Translations under genes and position numbers: made by a program
Notes under the pieces: model-generated
The model's database searches: none
Told to the model about the DNA's origin: nothing
Seen by the model: only the letters and a program-made list of their open reading frames with translations
DNA from: the human T2T-CHM13v2.0 reference genome, Homo sapiens
Reading direction: 5' to 3' (one strand)
NCBI RefSeq assembly: GCF_009914755.1
Contig: NC_060929.1
Length of the DNA: 64,000 nt
In this document: piece after piece, positions 1 through 16,183 of the stretch
Position numbering within the stretch: position 1 is the stretch's first letter
Layout of the letters: every line of letters starts with the position of its first letter

Positions 1-326
1 GTTTCCTTGCTTTAATTTTATATGTATGTATGCATCTCTAAACAAAATAGTTTAAATTGTTTTTGAAATTCACAGAAATCATTGCATGTATATTGTGTCA
101 TGTTTCTTATCTCGCCATGTGAGAATCATCTGTGTTGCCTGAAGCTGTCATTCATTTTGTTTTGTGTAAAACCATAATTCACCTTTTTTCATTTTCTTCA
201 TTTTTTTCTAGATAGATTTTAGGCTGTTTCTTCAAAGTTTGCAGCAAATTACCTGTTTTTGCTATAGCAGAATAATGCTATTTTGCCATTTTAATTCTCG
301 TAACAAAAAAGCATCTTATATCAATA

Positions 327-725
327 CAAGGTGAGCATCCAAATCCAAAAATCTGAAATCTGAAATGCTCCAAAGTCCAAAACGTAAAAAAAAATTTAAA
401 ATTTAAATTAAATTAAATTGTTTTGTAGAGATGAGGTCTTGCTATGTTGCCTAGGCTAGTCTCGAACTCTTGGCTTCACACAATCCTCATGCTTCAGCTG
501 CGCCAAATGTTGGGACTACAGGTGTGAGCCACTGTGCCCAGCCAGAATTTTTTGAATACTGACATGGTCCAAGGAAATGTTCACTGGAGCATTTTGGATT
601 TCAAATTTTTCAGATTTAGGGTGTTCAGTAGGATAAGTATAAAGCAAGTATTTCAAACTACAAGAAAATCTGAAATCTACATTACTTCTGGTCCCAAGCA
701 TTTAGGAAAAGGGATATTCAACCTG
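327..725. mobile_element. Tigger4/MER46-type TcMar-Tigger MITE interrupted by an Alu monomer
   Basis: TA flanks at 325-326 and 726-727. Terminal inverted repeats CAAGGTGAGCATCC / GGGATATTCAACCTG. Internal cttctggtcccaagcattt motif. Confidence 0.7.
386..544 (-). mobile_element. Alu left monomer (FLAM-like)
   Basis: Reverse-complement Alu left arm nested in the Tigger element. Confidence 0.8.
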
Positions 726-826
726 TATGCTCTTTATAATATATACTGTACTTTCATATATATTAGCTAACTTAATCCTCATTTCAGACCTGTGAAATGG
801 CAATGCAGTATTTCATTTTATAACTA

Positions 827-1100
<274 letters not shown>

Positions 1101-2198
1101 ACAGAGTGATAGAGCTTGTCACTTGCCTGAACTAACATTTCTAAAAAATTAGTGCTATAACTGTCACAGATCTTTTATTTCAAAGTCCAAATTCTGAATT
1201 TTTTAAGTTTCACACAAACTGAGCGTACTTAATACCTGAACTGAGTTAAGATATTTTAGATTAAAAAAAAAAACCTAGTTACCTGACATGCCCCACTGTC
1301 TAGTTTTTCACATCAAAACATTATTATTTTTCTTTGGAAGTTGACCTAAAAAGCATTTGTATTAAATTGCGGGTAGGATGTTGGAGTTTAACTTCATTAA
1401 GTTGTCAGCAGCAAAACTTCATGCAGGTAGGAGGCTGGTATCTGTAGCATTTGATTTAGGTGGCAAAAAGGAGGAGGGGAACTGATAGTGGATAATATTT
1501 TGAGTACAGAATACTATTGCACTTTTCTACTCATGTCAGTCTCATTTGTAAGCAAATTTAAGGAAGCTCACTAGCTAAGTCGCCTTGGATAAGCTATTTA
1601 ATGACCAAGTTCCATGATGTTCTCTTTAAAAGTCCCTTCCCTTTCTAAAATCTTATGTCTTATGAATCTATGAGGTTGTTAAAATACTCTCTTGTGCTGT
1701 AGACCAGTCTGACCCCTTAGTTATGTGTGGAATTTGCTGAGCTGTATTTAAAGCCAAGTTTATATGTTGATGTTATTGTAAAATGACTCTCCTTCTGTTA
1801 TCTAAAGATTTCAAAAAGTATAGGTTTTTAAAATGGTCATGTTTTAAGCAGCTTTCAGCTCAAGAAGTGAAAGTAACTATTAGTATAGTTATTAGTGGCA
1901 GTGTTGAAGTTTCTTGTGAAGAATTCAATACTTCCTTGAAGGTGTTTATATGTAAATATGTTTTACATATATATACTTTAGAAACCTGTTCTAAAAAAAG
2001 GAAATTTGTTTAGAAAAGCAAGAAGATAGAAGATGTATTGATATCACATTCCAAAGCATGTCTGAAACATTTTAAGATCCATATATTTACTTAAATAAAA
2101 ATCCATGGAATTGCAAACATCTTCTTGGTTTGAAAATATATTTTAGCAGATCCATTATCTAAATGGAAATATGTAGCAATAGAAGTTATTGTACTTTA

Positions 2199-2476
<278 letters not shown>

Positions 2477-3329
2477 TTTTTTTTTTAATTTCACAAAGGC
2501 TTCTTAATGGGCAAGATTTTTGATCCAGGGTGAAATTAAACTTATTAAATAGCAGCACTGAAATAATGTTCATGAGACTGTATATTTAAGCCTTTTCTCT
2601 TATATTCCTGCTAAGAGGATTGGATGGAGGAAATAAGTGATACTATTCTTTGAGCTTATAAAACTTCACAGTATTTACCCAATTCATTGGCCAAAGACTG
2701 CCACTTCGTTGATTTAGAGTTTGGGTAAGATAAGGAATGTTCATCTCTGCTTAAATAAACATTCCAGGTTCTGAATTTTAATTAATGGCAAAAATGTAAA
2801 CTTTTCTTTCTTTTGATATTCCTTGGATGTATGCTTAAATCTTAACATGTTATTTTCCTGTATGTTAGAGGACTTGTCCTCTGGACTGTAGAATCAGGGT
2901 CCTGAATTCATGCCTTGTTATACTACCCAGATTTGTGACACTGAGGGTGTGTGCCTTAACTTTACATTACATCTTTATCTGTACAGCTACAAAAATCACC
3001 GTCACTTCTGTCTTTCCAGGTTTAGAGTCGTGGCTTTGGAAAAAGCAAAAGGGAGGAATTTAATTTCACTTAATGTTCAGGACTCTGTGATCCTGTAATG
3101 TGGTTGTTACTGATCTATAGTTGGCAAAGCTTATAAATGTGTGAGGTCTCTTTCCAGAATTTACAAATAAGTGATTTATATTTCGCCATTTGGGACAAAA
3201 ATGTTAACATCTCTTTGAACACAGTCAAATTGATACATCTTTAGTCTTTGATCTTTTCATTTCAAGGAAGGCTCATTTTCTTCATTCTACCACTCTACTT
3301 TTTAAACTTTATATCCATTTTTCTTGCAA

Positions 3330-3790
3330 ACATTGTCTACACTTGTTGACTCTGCTGCTTTCCTTTCACTCACTTAACCTCCTGTAATCTGATGTCTACC
3401 CACACTACTTTACTGAAACTGCTGTTGCCAGCGCCACACTGTGTTTGCTGCACAGTCTAAGGAATAGTCCTCAGTCTTTCCTATCTCAGTGGCAGTTAAT
3501 ACTGCCACCCACTTTCTCCTTGAAACAGGCTCCAGTGACACCACATTTAACGGATTTTCCTCTTCTAATTCTGGTAACACCCAAACCTCCTTAGTAGACT
3601 TCTCTTTTTCTACCTATGATTTAAATGCTGTTCTTACTCAGAGGACTCTGTTGAGCACACTTTGCTTGTCATGATACCGTTTTGCCTAGAGATCATTCAT
3701 TGCTTTAGTCATAATCTGATGATTGCAAAACTTCTCCTTGGCTTCAGATTTATATATCAAACTGTCTATTGGACATCTTAACTTGACTAT
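3330..3790. mobile_element. L2 LINE fragment
   Basis: Diverged L2-like motifs (tactgaaactgct, cactttctccttgaaac, tatatcaaactgtctattggacatct). Confidence 0.5.
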
Positions 3791-4769
3791 TGTAGTAGTC
3801 TGCAAGTGATATAAACCCACTTCATCATAACTTCAGGCTAAAGAGGGAGATATGTTGCCTTACAAAACCAAACGTCTGGTGCACAGGTGAAACTGATCTT
3901 AGGGATGCCTAGAATCAGAGATTGATGTCATCTTGACTTCCCACTTCTCTTTTGCCGCTGCTTGTCAGCATTATTACCTCAAAACCATCTTCCACATGAG
4001 GTATAGGATATTATTGACTAAGGACATCCTTAAAGTCAACAGCTTGGCAGTCAGAAATAAAAAATAGGTTTAACTCTTTGTCCAACTGCAGATAGAACAT
4101 TGCCTGACAAGGATTCTGATAGACTCAGCTTGGTTTGCCACAGTGGGATGTAGAGTATTTTGACTAACATGCGTTCTAGTAATGATGGTAGGAGTGGTGG
4201 GAGTGGTAGGGATCTAATAGCTCGATTCACAGAAGAAAGCCAACTTAACCTCTACCCATTTTTCATGTACAGCTCTAATTCCAGTGGATAAGGTAATAAG
4301 TTTGTTTATGGTTTTTGATGAACTGCACCTGCTTGATTATCTCCTTAGAATTCATTGCTGTGTCAATTACTGTCTGAGTTGTCTGTGAGAATAAAGGACT
4401 CAACTGAAGAAACCTATATGAAAATGGTGATCATTATTTCTTCTTGGAATTAGAAACTTGTATGTGGCAGTCATAATGTTCTAATTAGTGATTTTTAAAA
4501 ATTAACTCATTAAAATAATCCATACTTTTATAATCATAAAATAGGATGCCCCACGAAGGCAAAGATTTCTGTCTGCTTTTACTACTACACCTAGAACTTG
4601 ACACTTAAAAAGTTGCTCAAAAAATAATTTGTTGAATCAATATCAGTTTGTTAAAATCTTGATTTTTTTTCAGTGTTTACTTTTTTTGGTAATATTTATT
4701 TTAAGAAATAAAAGCTTTCAAGGATAAGTAAAGTTTAACTTTTTTTTACTTTTTCTTTTTTTTCCCTAG

Positions 4770-5054
4770 ACTATCTGTTATAGTCCCTGGGTCAAGACAA
4801 CAATTTTTATACCTTCGTCGTGGTTCAGAAAGGAGTCTCTGTAGAACCAGAAGCAAAGAAAGGAAACAATCCAAATTTTTCTTTATTAAATCGACTGTGT
4901 AAGATACTTGACTTCCAGGAACAAAAACACGGTGAAATAATAAAATTTCATCTTGGCATCACTGGACATCATCGTATTGAGGAGCGTATTTTTGGAACTT
5001 CCCGAGTTGAGATTTGGAACCTTCATTGGTGCTCATTTACTGTGGACTGTAAGC
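4770..5054 (+). other. CDC42SE2: CDC42SE2 5'UTR portion of the start-codon exon (exon 4770-5108)
   Basis: Long polypyrimidine tract (4740-4767) ending in TAG, with AG at 4768-4769. No ATG before 5055. Confidence 0.85.
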
Positions 5055-5108
5055 ATGAGTGAATTCTGGTTGTGTTTCAACTGCTGTATTGCAGAACAGC
5101 CTCAGCCT
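5055..5108 (+). CDS. CDC42SE2: CDC42 small effector protein 2, coding exon 1 (MSEFWLCFNCCIAEQPQP)
   Basis: ATG at 5055 with A at -3. 18 codons match the recalled SPEC2 N-terminus including Cys10/Cys11. Donor CCT|GTAAGT at 5109, phase 0. Confidence 0.97.
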
Positions 5109-5689
5109 GTAAGTATGAAGTATGTGGACACATCAGGTGGGGTGCTTATTAAACTTTCCACTGGTTCTCAAACTGAGGATTGGGATCCTAGCAGTAATTG
5201 CAAAGCAGTTGTAGAGAATACCACAGAGAATAGTTCAGTGGAACTCCGAACATATGTTTAAAAAGAAATAATGTTTTTAAAGTAAATACTGTATGTCAAG
5301 AACTCTCCTAGACCATTCATCGTACATGACTGAGAGGAGGTGTTCTTCTGTCAAATAGCTTCTGGAGGAATAGTGAGAGAAAAAGGAGATAGTAACCTGA
5401 GGTAAAACAGATAAATCAGCCTTGGAAGTCAGTGGGTGGAAGATGTGACAGCCATATTGCCATCATATTCCTCTCAGCTTACCATCTCATTTTCCTCAGA
5501 GCAACCCTCTGAGGAAGATATCATTGTCTTTATTTTTCAGTTGAAACAGGTTCAGTTTTTTGCCCAAAGTCATATAGCTTGTCAGTGGTCTTGACTGACT
5601 TCTTGGTATATGCCTTGTTTTTGTGCCCTCTAATATATGCACATATTGTTACCTCTACCAAAATCCTGCCCTCCAGCCTCCAAATTCTG

Positions 5690-6023
<334 letters not shown>

Positions 6024-6928
6024 TAAAAATTGCCCCAGCTTTCCCCTGAATGAGATAATACTCATCTGTATTCCCACAGCTCTTTAGTTCATTTTTCTAT
6101 TATAGCATGGAACCTTTTGCATAGTAAATAACTATTCTACAGTCTCTCCCACAACATTTTGAATTATTTATGGGTCTTCACCATGTTAACTTGGTATCTT
6201 CAGGATCAAATATAATATCTTGGAGAGTGTAGGTATACATGATTGATTGTTGGCTGGCTGAACAAATGAATTGATATTTTATTTATATTTGTAACAACGT
6301 AAGAGGAAAAATAAGGACTAAATTTTAAAAATATAATTGTACACGTAACTCCCAATCTCAAGTGATTCACCTGCCTCGGCCTCCCAAAGTGCTGGGATTA
6401 CAGGCATGAGCCACTGTGCCCTACCATATTGTTTTAATTGCTCTACTTACTTAATATGTTTTGCTGTGTCATAGGGGAAATTTTTTCTTAGCTCTTCTTT
6501 TCTAACTCTATTGGTGATGTCTTTTTTAAAAGCTGGATTGTGGTTACATGTTTTCTTATTATATTTTTCTTTATTTTTTTTCTTGTTTGAGATATTTCAT
6601 AATACATATGTAAATCTTAGAGTTTGTTTGTTTGTTTTTTTTTTTGGATTGCATTGAATTTATTTTATTTTATTTATTTATTTATTTTTTTGAGATGGAG
6701 TCTCATTCTGTTGCCCAGGCTGGAGTGCAGTGACGTGATATATAATAAAGGGTATATAATAAAGTGAATTCTCTTCAATATATGATAAATGTATACTCAC
6801 CAATAGCTAAAATAGGAAGACACAGATTAGGTATTTAAATGGCAGGAGCATAAGCCTCTGGAGTTATGAGACATCAGAAATACATTTTCTGCTACACAGA
6901 GGATTTGCAACTTGAGTTTCTCTCATAC

Positions 6929-7765
6929 TGAAACGGGAAAAGTTCCCTTGTCCCCCTAGAAGCCATGCGATGGGGGTGTGGCTCGCTTCTTCAGTGCCCT
7001 GCTGCTCAAACCTCTAGGGGAGCATACAGACGGGGAGCTGTGGGGTTCTGACCCCACGACAATGTCTAGGGATGAATCTTTATAGCTGAAGTGCCAGAAG
7101 GCGTGTGTTACAGGGTGCTTTTTTAGTTTGCCTTGTGTTAACCAGCTCAGTTAGACCCTCTACCTTGTCACAGGGACAGAAGGCTTTCTGTATCCTGGGT
7201 TCTTGCTTTGGTGTGCTAGAAGAATTGGATCACACGTGGGCTTGGAGAAGGAGTGCAAAGTTTTATTGAGTGGAAGTAGCTCTCTGTCGATGAGGGAGCC
7301 AGAATGGAGATGGTTTTCCCCTGGAGTTGGGCTGCTAGGTGGCCCCAGCTCTCCTTTAACTGCCCCGGCCAAACTCCGCCTCATCCAGCCAGTTGATGGC
7401 CTGCTGGCATGCTGGTGTCTGTTGGTGTGCTCTTGTGCAGGCGTGTTCCCTCGACGTCTTTTCACCGTCTAACCGCTTGTGTCTTCTTCCGCTGATGTGC
7501 TCCTCTCGACGTTTGGCTGTCTATGTGTCTGCCTGCTAGGGTCTTGGGTTTTTATAGGCCCAGGATGGGGGCACGGCGGGCCAGGGTGGTCTTGGAAAAT
7601 GCAACATTTGGGCCCAAAAGCAGGAGTGCCTGTCCTCACCTATGTTTGTCCGTGGGGGTGGAGCCCTAGCCATGGACCTGCCTTTCTCTACCCAGCACTT
7701 CCCTGTTCCCACTCCCATATCATTTAAAGGGACCACACTCTTCCCTTCCCAGCACTCCCGTATCA
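6929..7765 (-). mobile_element. ERV1 solo LTR, LTR1 family
   Basis: TG...CA termini. 4-bp TSD ATAC/GTAC with one mismatch. Minus strand starts TGATACGGGAGTGCTGGGAAGGG. Minus-strand TATA box at 7550-7556 and AATAAA at 7262-7267. Confidence 0.8.
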
Positions 7766-8424
7766 GTACAACATTTACATATGTTAGTTGTTTGTTATTG
7801 TTTAATGAATACATACTTATGTGAAGTATTCCATAAAAATTCCATGGACATCTGATTTCTTACCTTTTTGATTCCTGAGAAAAATTACATAAAACTTAAT
7901 GGGGCTTTGTGGTCACCATAATGGAGGAATAGCTTGCTTGTTGGCATCAGGAAACAGATGTAAAGAATCACTAATAATTTTTGTTTCTTTACATTATACA
8001 AAGACATATCCTTGGTATTCTAAACAATATCAAGACTGCCTTATCTTAAAGCTGCTTGATCATCTGCTAAAGTTTTCTAAAATATTTACTGAAATAAAGT
8101 GCTGCATGCCGACTCTCCCACTTGTTCCCTATCACCCCCTGCTTTTGCACATTCCATGTGTGAAAAAGGAACAACCCAATATTGGGAAGAAAATAGAATG
8201 TATTTTTCTGAGTATAGTAGAATAATCATTTTTCTCCTCCTACTCCTTCATTTTAATATAGTACAATGCAGGGTATAATAGAGCCCCAATGTTTTGAGCC
8301 GTGGTATTCCAAAACTTAGTAACTTAGTAATGCTGTAGTTGCTGTTGCTAGATATAGCTAAGGTTGTAGATTTTTAACTGGATGGTTGCTGCCCTGCAAT
8401 TTAATTTTTTAAAAAGATTTGTTA

Positions 8425-8715
<291 letters not shown>

Positions 8716-8936
8716 GATTTATTAGCTGTTGACAGAACTATAGTGAATTCTTCACCAACTTATTGAGCATCAGAATACTGGTCAGCTTCTAAGGTAGCTT
8801 TAAAAAACAAGGAACCCTGATTTACAGAAAAAAAAAAAAAAGCCACTTTTCTATTCATATTATTTGCCTTCCCATCTAATGGTTTCCCACATAGCACTGA
8901 TTTTTTGTAATGCTGCTTGTATCTGGAATGTGTTAA

Positions 8937-9601
<665 letters not shown>

Positions 9602-9619
9602 TAACAATAACACTCTGGT

Positions 9620-10130
9620 ATTTCTACAATGAGCCAGGTAGTGGTGAGATAACAGTGAATACAACAGATGTCATCTCTACCATCATCTTGTCTCACTTTA
9701 GTGGAGGACATATTTACTGTACAAATAAGTATGTATGGTATCAGGTGGTGATAAGTGCACCGTGGAAAAAGAAAGCAAGAAAAAAGAGGATGACGTTGGA
9801 GAAATGGGGATATGAATTTAAATAGTGTGTTCAGGGAAGGCCTCTCAGATTAAGTGCTGTATAGGCACAAGTTTAAGGGAGTAAAATACACAAATACTTG
9901 GGGCAAAGCACTTAGAGTGAGTAGTAAGTGCAAGGTTGGGTGTGTGAGTGGAACATCAGAGAAGGCAGAGTGGCTGTGAGGCATGGGGCCAGTGGTGGGA
10001 ATGAGGTCTAAGAGGTAACCAAGGGCCAGTTCATGTTTGGTCTTCCAGGTCATGAAAAGACTGGTTTTTATTCTTTGTGAAATAGGAAATCATTGAATGG
10101 TTTAGAGCAAAAAGCCAAAGTATGTGGAAG
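9620..10130. mobile_element. L2 LINE 3' fragment
   Basis: L2-like motifs (cagggaaggcctctc, gaaggcagagtggctg, ttttattctttgtgaaataggaaatcattg). Confidence 0.6.
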
Positions 10131-10552
10131 AACATACCTATTTTTTCTAGTGGTTTGACTTACTGTATGCTCAGACAGAGAGCACTGACAAACCATACTG
10201 CACACTGTAGCCCAGTGAGCCACTTCACTCCTTCATGCACATTTAGCCTCCTCAGCTGTCTGGAGTTGAGTATGGAATATGCTCTGCAATAAGGTTGCTT
10301 ATTCCCTTTGTGGCTTTTCTTTCTGCCATTTGTTGTTGTTCTGATGTATAGTTTTAACCTATAATAGTCAGGGTGGGGGCATGAGGATATGTGCAAGTGA
10401 TGGTGCTGGAGTTGCCACAGTGAAACAGAGGAAGTGCAGTGTGCTCAGTGTTTAGATGGTTCAAGGTTACTTCAAGGGAAGTGGTTGAGGAAACGGAGTG
10501 GGGATGGATCAGTTAGACAGCTAAGGATTGCTATAAGACCTTAGACATTTTA

Positions 10553-10894
<342 letters not shown>

Positions 10895-11261
10895 TCAGAG
10901 GATGAACCAACAATTCCCATGAAAGGTGGCTAGAGGGAACTCTAGCTGAGGGCACTCCATGAGGGGATTTATGTAAAACAGAAAAGTGATTGGTCAAATA
11001 TGATGGATCTCCATAGCTACTATGCAATAATAACCTCGTATGGCACAGATTTGTATAGAACTTCCATTTTCAGGAACCACATTTTATACCCTAAATTAGG
11101 TATGAGTATAGTAAAAGTGTCAATTTTTTTCCTTCTTCTGAAAACACAAATGTGCATGTTCCTGATTTAATTTCACACATCACATTATAAAACCATAGTC
11201 ATCTCAAAATGCTTAAACTAAATGGATTTACTTAATAAAAGAAGAAAATTAGCCTTATCAG

Positions 11262-11559
<298 letters not shown>

Positions 11560-12302
11560 TTAGCCTTATCAGTTGAGAAATGAAAACCCTACGTTTTAGA
11601 AAAACATCATAGAAGACTGATTCAAATGTTTTAACTGTACTACTAAACCTAGAAATTCTAAAGACTAGTATACTGGAACTACCTCCCCTGCCTTAGGACT
11701 GACTATTGCTATTTTCTTGTAGATAGTCACTTTGTAATGTAGTGGATGGTATTCACTGTATATTGTACCTCTTCAGCTCCTTTAATATAACTGTGGAGAT
11801 AGTTTGAATTTGTCTATATGTACTTGAAAACAAACTAGAAAGGCTCTTTTCAAAACTGTGGAACAGACAGGTTCTGGTGTTCCAGTACTGTTGTCTGTGC
11901 CCTTAACCAATTAGGAACTGTTGGTAAGCTAGTGTCCATAGCATTCGGCGTGAGTTCAAGATGGGGAAAAGGGATAAGAAGGCAGTAGAAAGCTATTTAT
12001 GTTTTGAAATTATAATGCTTTTATAAGTTTGTAAATGTCAGAGAAGAAATTTTGCTTTAATGTTTTTCGGTTGAGAATGGAGTTGATCTTTATTCAGTTC
12101 AGATTGGAGGGTTTTTTTTGTTTGTTTTTTTGTTTTTTTTACTACATACCTCAAGATGAAGCAAGCCATTTCTTTGTAAACCATGTGGTTGTTGCAATTT
12201 TTAGTTACTTAAAATGTGACATCAGCAAAAGTAATAATCTTTAAAAGAAAAATTAAATCTTCTTTCAAACTGTAATATATTTGGTACAAAAATTATAAAA
12301 CA

Positions 12303-12592
12303 GGCCAGGTGCAGTGACTTGCACCTATAATCCCAACACTTTGGGAGGCTGAGGCGGGAGCATTGCTAGAGCCTAGGAGTTCGAGATCAGCCTGGGGTGT
12401 AACATAGTAGGACCTTGTCTCTACAAAAAATTTTAAAAATTAGCTGTGTGTGGTAGTGTGTGCCTGTAGGCCCAGCTACTCGGGAGGCTGAGGTAGGAGG
12501 ATTGCTTGAGCTGGGAGGTTGAAGCTGTAGTGAGCCAGGATCGCATCCCTGCACTCCAGCCTGGGCAACAGAGTGAAACCCTGTTTCAAAAA
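12303..12592 (+). mobile_element. Alu (AluJ-like)
   Basis: Diverged full-length Alu. Confidence 0.9.
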
Positions 12593-12602
12593 ACAAATTT
12601 TT

Positions 12603-12760
12603 TATATATATATATAATTTTATATGCTTATATATATAACAGGTCAAAATATACAATCAAATATATATGTGTGTGTGTGTATATCATATACATATGTGTG
12701 TATATATATATCATGTAATGATATATATATGTGTGTGTATATATATCATGTAATGATGCA
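12603..12760. repeat. Compound (TA)n/(TG)n microsatellite
   Basis: Alternating TA/TG runs with a duplicated ATCATGTAATGAT unit. Confidence 0.85.
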
Positions 12761-12789
12761 CAACAACAAACAGATATAAGCTCCTACCC

Positions 12790-15230
<2,441 letters not shown>

Positions 15231-16042
15231 GAGAGTGAACAGTAACTCTGACTTATTAATAGGTTGTGAGCTTCAGGATTATGCACAAATTAGAGATTTA
15301 TTGAAGTAGTAACCCCAGTTCCACACTTCCACACCCTTTGTCATCAGCATATTCCATTTCTATTACAGTGTAAGACTAATTATTTCAGAGTACAGAAAAA
15401 GACACATTTAGATAAACTGAAGCAGATTAAAGTGACTTTATAAGACAACATCTTTGTTTTTATGTTTAATTTCAAGTATGGTTAAGCACTAATTTAATTC
15501 AGTGCTTTCTGCTTATTCTGTTTCTAGTAACTCTTACAGAAACAAGTGTAGTCAGTAGCCAACATACATCCATGTCAGCCTATATATGACTTACTAGGAG
15601 GGCTTAGTTTTTTAAAAGAGATGAAAAATAAAGAGAAGGTCTAGTATTTTCCTCCCACATTCCAACAGATCATTTTATGTGCCCCCTTTGGGTGAGCACA
15701 TTCCATGTTGTAGACCATTGATCATAGTAGTCAGAGCATGGAGCTCTGGAGTTCAGAAAAATTATTTTATTATTGTTGTTATGACAAAAATAATTACCAT
15801 GTAAAGGAAAAGAAAAGAAACTCAGCGAAAAAATTTATGAACAAAAGAGAAAAGAAACTTATGGTTAAATAATTTTTAAAATAAATATGGCAAATGAGCA
15901 TCAATTATTTTTTTTTCTATATGCCCATTGGAAAATATCATCTTGCCTCATCTAATAGGCAACGTTAAGTGGAGTCACTATGTGTTCCTCTTAACTGGAA
16001 GATTTCTTTCATTCAGTGTGAATACTGAAACATTTATTTTAC

Positions 16043-16183
16043 CTTTTTTTTTTTTTTCTCCCCAGCAGAGACAGGGTCTTGCTTTGTTGCCCAGGCTGGT
16101 CTCAGGCTTCTGGCCACAAGTGATCTTCCTGCCTCAGCCTCCCAAAGTGCTGGGATTACAGGCATGAGCGACTTAGCCTGGTC
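16043..16183 (-). mobile_element. Alu monomer (FLAM-like)
   Basis: Reverse-complement left arm. TSD-like aaacattt(a/c)ttt. Confidence 0.8.

Noticed and set aside
7160-7824. Cluster of overlapping 60-101 aa ORFs on both strands
   Set aside because: They lie in the GC-rich solo LTR, where stop codons are rare, and show no gag/pol/env similarity.
15340-15640. Acceptor-like AGs plus AATAAA at 15627, suggesting an intronic terminal exon
   Set aside because: Weak polypyrimidine tracts and no useful frame. Expected by chance in AT-rich intron.
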